Shown here: positions 59,419 to 64,000 of the stretch, piece by piece | Layout: every line of letters begins with the position of its first letter | How positions within the stretch are numbered: the first letter of the stretch is position 1 | From: Thermoflexus hugenholtzii JAD2 | GTDB lineage: Bacteria > Chloroflexota > Dehalococcoidia > UBA2979 | Direction of reading: 5' to 3' | Assembly: GCA_945903275.1 (NCBI GenBank) | Contig: CAMDNW010000001.1 | Coordinates: forward strand, 128,303 to 192,302 | DNA: 64,000 bases | Notes under the pieces: generated by a model | The model's database searches: none | The model's input: only the letters and a program-made list of their open reading frames with translations | Told to the model about the DNA's origin: nothing | Translations under genes and position numbers: made by a program

Positions 59419-59518
59419 CCGCACGCGCACGGCCCGTGATGCGTTAGGATCGAGGTGCAGGCGCGCAGACTGCCCTGTACAGGAGGCATGCATCCCGAAA
59501 CGTCGCCCGTTTGCCCGT

Positions 59519-60733
59519 GTGGATATCGAAGCAGCCCGCGACAGCGAGGCCGGCCAGCACCACCGCGAGACAAAGCACACCAAGCCCGCGCAGGAACGCG
59601 CCTACCTCGTCGCCCTCGACCACGAAGGTTCACGCCGCGGCCTTATGCCGCCCGGCGAGTCGCTTCGCGAACTCGGGCGGCTCGTGCGCACCTCGGGCGG
59701 AGTCGTCGTGGGTCAGGCCACGCAGCGCCGCCCGCATCCGGATCCCGCCACCTACATCGGCTCTGGCAAGATGGACGAGGTGAAAGCCGCCCGCGAGGAT
59801 ACCGGCTATACGATGGTCGTCTTCGACGAGCAACTCTCGCCGACGCAACAACTCCGGCTGGAGTCCGGCCTCGGGGTGAAGGTGCTCGACCGCAGCGCGC
59901 TTATCCTCGACATCTTCGCCAGCCGCGCCCGCACCCGTGAGGCGTCCCTGCAAGTCGAACTCGCCCAGCACGAGTACCTGCTCCCCCGCCTCCGCGGCCA
60001 GTGGCAGCATCTCGAACGCAACGAGGGTGCCATCGGCCTTCGCGGCCCCGGTGAGACACAGTTGGAGACCGACCGCCGCCTGATCGGCCTGCGCATCTCG
60101 CGCCTCAAGAAGGACATCTCACAGGTGCGCAAGCAGCGTGCGCTGCATCGCCGCCGCCGCGAGCGTGACGGCGCGCCCGTTGTCGCCCTCGTCGGCTACA
60201 CCAACGCCGGCAAGTCCTCGCTGCTTCGCGCTCTCGCGGGTGTCGAGGTCTTCGCGGCCGATGCGCTCTTCGCCACCCTTGACCCACTCACTCGCCGCGT
60301 TGAGACTCCCGGCGGTGACGCCTTTCTCGTGACCGACACCGTGGGCTTCATCCAGAAACTCCCTACGCAACTGATCTCCGCCTTCCGCGCCACGCTCGAA
60401 GAACTCGAGTCCGCCGACCTGCTGCTACACGTCGTAGATGCCACCTCGCCCGCGCTCGACGCGCAGTGTGCCACCGTCATGGAGACCCTCACTGGCCTCG
60501 GTCTCTCCGAGAAGCCGATGGTCACCGTGCTCAACAAGGCCGACGGCCTCCTCCGCGCGGACGGTGCGCCTGTCGAGGCCGAAGGCGATCTGGCGACCGC
60601 GCAGGTCGTGAACCCCTCGCCCGATAGCAGTGTGCTGCTCACGTCCGCCACGCACGGCTGGGGCATCGAGGCTCTCCGCAGCCGCCTCGCCTTCGAGGTG
60701 CTCGGTGCCCCTGTCCCCTTCGCGGTTCGCTAA
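59519..60733 (+). CDS. hflX: GTPase HflX (start approximate)
   Basis: HflX N-domain; G motifs GYTNAGKSS, DTVGF, NKAD. Confidence 0.8.
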   Translation: MDIEAARDSEAGQHHRETKHTKPAQERAYLVALDHEGSRRGLMPPGESLRELGRLVRTSGGVVVGQATQRRPHPDPATYIGSGKMDEVKAAREDTGYTMVVFDEQLSPTQQLRLESGLGVKVLDRSALILDIFASRARTREASLQVELAQHEYLLPRLRGQWQHLERNEGAIGLRGPGETQLETDRRLIGLRISRLKKDISQVRKQRALHRRRRERDGAPVVALVGYTNAGKSSLLRALAGVEVFAADALFATLDPLTRRVETPGGDAFLVTDTVGFIQKLPTQLISAFRATLEELESADLLLHVVDATSPALDAQCATVMETLTGLGLSEKPMVTVLNKADGLLRADGAPVEAEGDLATAQVVNPSPDSSVLLTSATHGWGIEALRSRLAFEVLGAPVPFAVR

Positions 60734-60739
60734 CAACTA

Positions 60740-61024
60740 ATGCCTGTACCGTTCGCGGTCGAGCTCGAAGCTGGGAAGCAGCGCGTCTTCGCGACGGCGC
60801 TCGACTGTCCCGGTTTCTGCCGCTCTGGCCGTGATGAGACGGCTGCCTTTGCCGAGCTACCCTTCTACGCACGCGCTACGCGGGTGCCATCAACGGACAC
60901 GTGCGCAGCTTCCGTCCTCCGCGGAGCCTCGATGCAATCGCGGTCACAGAGCGCCTTTCCGGAGGCTCGGGCACCGACTTTGGCGTGCCCGGTATCCCGC
61001 CCGCTGTCGATGCGCAGCCGGTGA
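60740..61024 (+). CDS. Small ORF with HicB/UPF0150-like N-terminus (tentative)
   Basis: FAVELEAGKQRVFATALDCPGFCRSGRDETAAFAEL resembles the ..y.a.vPdlPGC.s.GdT.eEA..n core; remainder has no match. Confidence 0.3.
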   Translation: MPVPFAVELEAGKQRVFATALDCPGFCRSGRDETAAFAELPFYARATRVPSTDTCAASVLRGASMQSRSQSAFPEARAPTLACPVSRPLSMRSR

Positions 61025-61052
61025 CGGGACGCGACCTGAAGCTAGCCTCTCA

Positions 61053-62243
61053 TCACTCGCGTGCGCATACGATCGCGACGTGCATCTCTTGCACACGCGT
61101 AAGCACCACTACGGCCGGCGCCGCCGCGCGGTCGCCTCGCAAACCTCGGTTCAGCCGCCGTTCCAGCGCGTTTGTGTCCACTGGCGACCCTCGCCGCGTC
61201 ACCTCCACGCGTGCGATACCGAGGCTTGCCAGCGCCTCCGCGATCCGCCGCTCCGCGAACGGTACCCATGACAGCACGCGGTATCGCCGTGCGAATAGCG
61301 TTTCGCTCGCCGTATCTGCCGATAGGTACGCGATCCCCTCGGTGAGTTTCCACGCCCCGATCTCCACCGCGAGCATCTCGACGAGTCCTGCGCGTCCTAC
61401 AGACGGATCGGGGTCGTAGAGGTACGCGCCCGGCTCGCCGAGTGGTGTCTCGCCTCGGTCGGCCTCGCCGGTGAGCGAGACAGCCGGTGCGCCATCAGTC
61501 GGCAGCACCGTCGCTGTACGCGGCGAGCGTGCCAGCCGCCCCAGCCACAGTACCGCCGCCCGCAGCCCCCGATCCATCGAGACGAACTCCACCTCGCATT
61601 CCTTTGGCAGCGCGTCGAGGTCGATGCCCGGTGCCAGTTTGATCCCCGCGCCCGCTGCCTGTCGCCCGAGTTCTATCGCTCGCGACAGCGACGGCGACCA
61701 CGTCTCAGGCCGCAATCGCCGCCCGTCGGCCTCCCGCCGCGCTGGGTCGCACCACACCGCATCGACGCTCTCTGGCACGTCCCACGTGTCGAGGTCTGCC
61801 GCGTGTGCTTCGATGCGTCCGCTCAGTCCGCGCGCTTCGGCGTTCGCAATGAGCATCGCCAGCCGCCCTTCCTCTCGGTCGACTCCCAGCACGCGCGCGT
61901 ACCGCGCCATCGCCAGCGCGTCGGCTCCCATCCCGCACCCAAGATCAGCGACATAACGTGAATCAGTGAATCGCGCTGCGAGATGCTCGGATACGAAGCG
62001 GTGACTAGCCTGTTCGGCCGCCTCGCGGTCGCACCACAGCCGCTCGGCGTCCTCGAACTTCTTAGCGGCCACTGTGCGGCCGTGAGCGAGCGCGACTGCG
62101 GCACGGGCCTGTGGGGCCTCGTAGTGGCGTCCCAGCGTCCGTAGCGCGGTCAGTTCACTGCCAGCCGACAGCAGGGCGGAAGCCTGTGCCGTGGCGGCGC
62201 GGCCATCCTCGGTGCGCAGCCAGCCGACCTCGTCCGCATCCAT
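61053..62243 (-). CDS. Class I SAM-dependent methyltransferase with C-terminal THUMP-like domain
   Basis: Motif I DLGCGMGADA; acidic motif II; 396 aa. Confidence 0.65.
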   Translation of the reverse strand: MDADEVGWLRTEDGRAATAQASALLSAGSELTALRTLGRHYEAPQARAAVALAHGRTVAAKKFEDAERLWCDREAAEQASHRFVSEHLAARFTDSRYVADLGCGMGADALAMARYARVLGVDREEGRLAMLIANAEARGLSGRIEAHAADLDTWDVPESVDAVWCDPARREADGRRLRPETWSPSLSRAIELGRQAAGAGIKLAPGIDLDALPKECEVEFVSMDRGLRAAVLWLGRLARSPRTATVLPTDGAPAVSLTGEADRGETPLGEPGAYLYDPDPSVGRAGLVEMLAVEIGAWKLTEGIAYLSADTASETLFARRYRVLSWVPFAERRIAEALASLGIARVEVTRRGSPVDTNALERRLNRGLRGDRAAAPAVVVLTRVQEMHVAIVCARE

Positions 62244-62255
62244 GATCTGCGAAGG

Positions 62256-63080
62256 CTAGCGGTTGGGACGGAGGGCGTACGTCTCCGGTTCGCGCAGCCA
62301 ATCGCGCCCGCCGAACTCAGCGTGCAGCGCCGTGGCGGCCTCTCGAAGCACGCCCGGGCCGCTCTCACGTACCCAGCGCGCCGCTCGTGCCTCGCCCCCG
62401 ACCGCCGCCGCGAGGTCGTCCAGCCACGATCCGGCCCGCTTGCCGAGCCGCGTCTCGCGCGACGCGAGCGCTAGGTACTCCGCTGGTGGGTGTGTGCCGT
62501 CCTCCAGCACGCAGCAGAGCCGCAACAGCGCCCCTGCCGCCTCACCCGCTAGCACGACCCCAGCCAGCGGCGTCCCGTCCACTGGCGAGGCGCTCAGCAC
62601 GGTCACTGCGGTCACTGCTGTCACGTAGAGCGGACGCACCACGCGCTCCAGCCCGTCCGTCGGTAGCCGTCCCGCCGCCGAGGCCAGTCCATCCGCCCGG
62701 TGCAGCGGGTCGTGCAGCGGCTCCGCGTGCCGCACCGTCCAGCGCAGTTCGAGGCTCGCGCGCGGCACGCCTTCGAATGCGCGCGCGACCGCCTCGCTGG
62801 TGAACACGGTCAGATCTAGGCCGTCCGTCGTCCCTGCCCGGTACACGCCGCTGGTGGTCAGCGCCTCGCGCATCGGCGCGGCGAGCGAGCGCGCCTCAAC
62901 GCCATCGAGGATCAACCACACCGCCGGCGTCGCGACGTGTTCCGCCCAAGCGGTCGCCGCTGGCCGCACCAACAGCGCGAGTGCCCGCGATGCGACATCG
63001 AGCCACGGTGCGCTTGCCAGTAGCGCTGTGGCGGCTGTACGCGCCTCGGCTCGGAAGTCAGTGGTCTGGTCGGTTGTCAT
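62256..63080 (-). CDS. Hypothetical protein (274 aa)
   Basis: Intact ORF with coding-like composition; no recognised motifs. Confidence 0.5.
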   Translation of the reverse strand: MTTDQTTDFRAEARTAATALLASAPWLDVASRALALLVRPAATAWAEHVATPAVWLILDGVEARSLAAPMREALTTSGVYRAGTTDGLDLTVFTSEAVARAFEGVPRASLELRWTVRHAEPLHDPLHRADGLASAAGRLPTDGLERVVRPLYVTAVTAVTVLSASPVDGTPLAGVVLAGEAAGALLRLCCVLEDGTHPPAEYLALASRETRLGKRAGSWLDDLAAAVGGEARAARWVRESGPGVLREAATALHAEFGGRDWLREPETYALRPNR

Positions 63081-63086
63081 AGCTAC

Positions 63087-63350
63087 CTAGCTGTCAGTGC
63101 CGGTGCGGTCAGTGACGACCTGCCGGAAGTGAGTAATCCGTTCCTCGACTGTGTCGTCTACCTCGGCTTCTTCGAGCAACTCGCGGATCAGCGTAATCAC
63201 CGCCGCTGCGCCGCCATATGCGACGAACCATTCGAGGCCCTGGAGCAGGGAGAACACCCCCGGCTTCCGCTCGCGGTGCCGCAGATAACCCCATGTGAGT
63301 CCGGCAAACGCTGCTGCGAGGGCAAATTTTAACTGGCTGCGATCATTCAC
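63087..63350 (-). CDS. Hypothetical small membrane-associated protein (87 aa)
   Basis: Two hydrophobic segments; stop 6 nt before the upstream gene start. Confidence 0.4.
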   Translation of the reverse strand: MNDRSQLKFALAAAFAGLTWGYLRHRERKPGVFSLLQGLEWFVAYGGAAAVITLIRELLEEAEVDDTVEERITHFRQVVTDRTGTDS

Positions 63351-63576
63351 GGACGGGTGCCCTTCTCACGCCATGACATGCTACGGGCCTTCGGTAGGGG
63401 CGACAAACGGCCCCGAAGCAGGCCCGCGGAGGCGGTAGGCATCGGGACGTAAGCCCCTAGCGGAACGTGCGGCTCCATGCCATAGTGACAAGCGATGTCC
63501 GCGCCCGGCGGCGGAGAGTTTTGTTGTATGCTGCGCGCCGCGCTCCGGCGCGAGATACAGCGGGGGAGGAGTACGA

Positions 63577-64000
63577 GTTGCAGGACGTGAAGTACACCCG
63601 GCCCACGACCGTGCAGGAGGCCGTTCGCCTGTTGCAAGAGGGTGGCCCGACCGCACGCGTGCTCGCGGGCGGCACAGACATCATCGTGATGGCGCGTGAG
63701 CGCCGCCGCGACACTTCGGTGTTCGTTGACGTGAAGCACATTCCGGAACTGACGTCGATTAGTTTCGACCAGACCGCCGGACTGACGCTGGGCGCGGCCA
63801 CACCGCTCTACCGCATCTACCGCGACGAGACCATCCGTCGGCTCTATCCGGCTCTCGTCGATTCTGCGTCGCTCATCGGCGGGACGGCCATTCAGGGCCG
63901 CGCCTCGTTCGGTGGCAACCTTGCCAACGCCGGCCCTGCCGGTGACAGCATCCCGACGATGATGGTGCTCGAGGGTACGGCCAACATCGTCGGCCCCAAC
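63577..64000 (+). CDS. Xanthine-dehydrogenase-family FAD-binding subunit (CoxM-like), N-terminal fragment; continues beyond the window
   Basis: TTG start after GGGGGAGGAG SD; ARVLAGGTDIIVMARERRRD and ASFGGNLANA FAD-binding motifs. Confidence 0.7.

Overview
This is a high-GC (~67%) bacterial chromosomal window, densely packed with translationally coupled housekeeping genes. The gene content (HisZ together with IMPase-type HisN, LL-DAP aminotransferase DapL, archaeal-type iPGM, leaderless promoters) would fit a Chloroflexota/Thermomicrobia-like or other high-GC lineage, but no lineage can be assigned from sequence alone.

Genes in order:
- polA 3' end, fpg, panD-panB-panC, yebC-ruvC-ruvA, uvrB
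- minus-strand block: ftsK, rnj, family-4 UDG, tatC-tatA, acpP, nusB, fabG, fabD, rpmF, yceD
- modABC plus an MFS transporter
- RNase P RNA (rnpB)
- murE, a class-III aminotransferase, birA
- a his operon: hisZ, a tandem hisG-hisG fusion, an unknown hydrolase-like ORF, hisD-hisC-hisB, then an unknown ORF and hisN
- minus-strand purD-X-cupin-purB-purC-purS and guaA
- tsaC, a penicillin-acylase-like gene, a polyprenyl synthase
- pgk-apgM-tpiA, miaA, dapF, a GNAT gene, dapL, hflX
- a SAM methyltransferase, small unknown ORFs, and the start of a CoxM-like gene

I found no CRISPR array, no tRNA and no obvious intact mobile element.

The non-routine content, all inferred from motifs read by eye:
1. 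A decayed Eis-like GNAT pseudogene (four in-frame stops, two frameshifts) lies next to an intact large-serine-recombinase homolog whose catalytic Ser and Arg residues are replaced. Together they look like the relic of an integrated element with a possibly domesticated recombinase.
2. The his operon has several unusual features.
   - A 469-aa tandem HisG-HisG fusion, with a degenerate first module, sits next to hisZ.
   - A translationally coupled unknown metal-hydrolase-like ORF is embedded between hisG and hisD.
   - A candidate leaderless His-codon leader peptide plus terminator attenuator lies upstream of hisZ.
3. A tandem YedY-like domain protein without the Mo-ligating Cys sits upstream of modABC.
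4. An orphan promoter/SD/16-codon ORF/terminator unit lies in a low-GC patch.
5. Uncharacterised ORFs are embedded in the pur and dap clusters, and there is a possible HicB-like small ORF.
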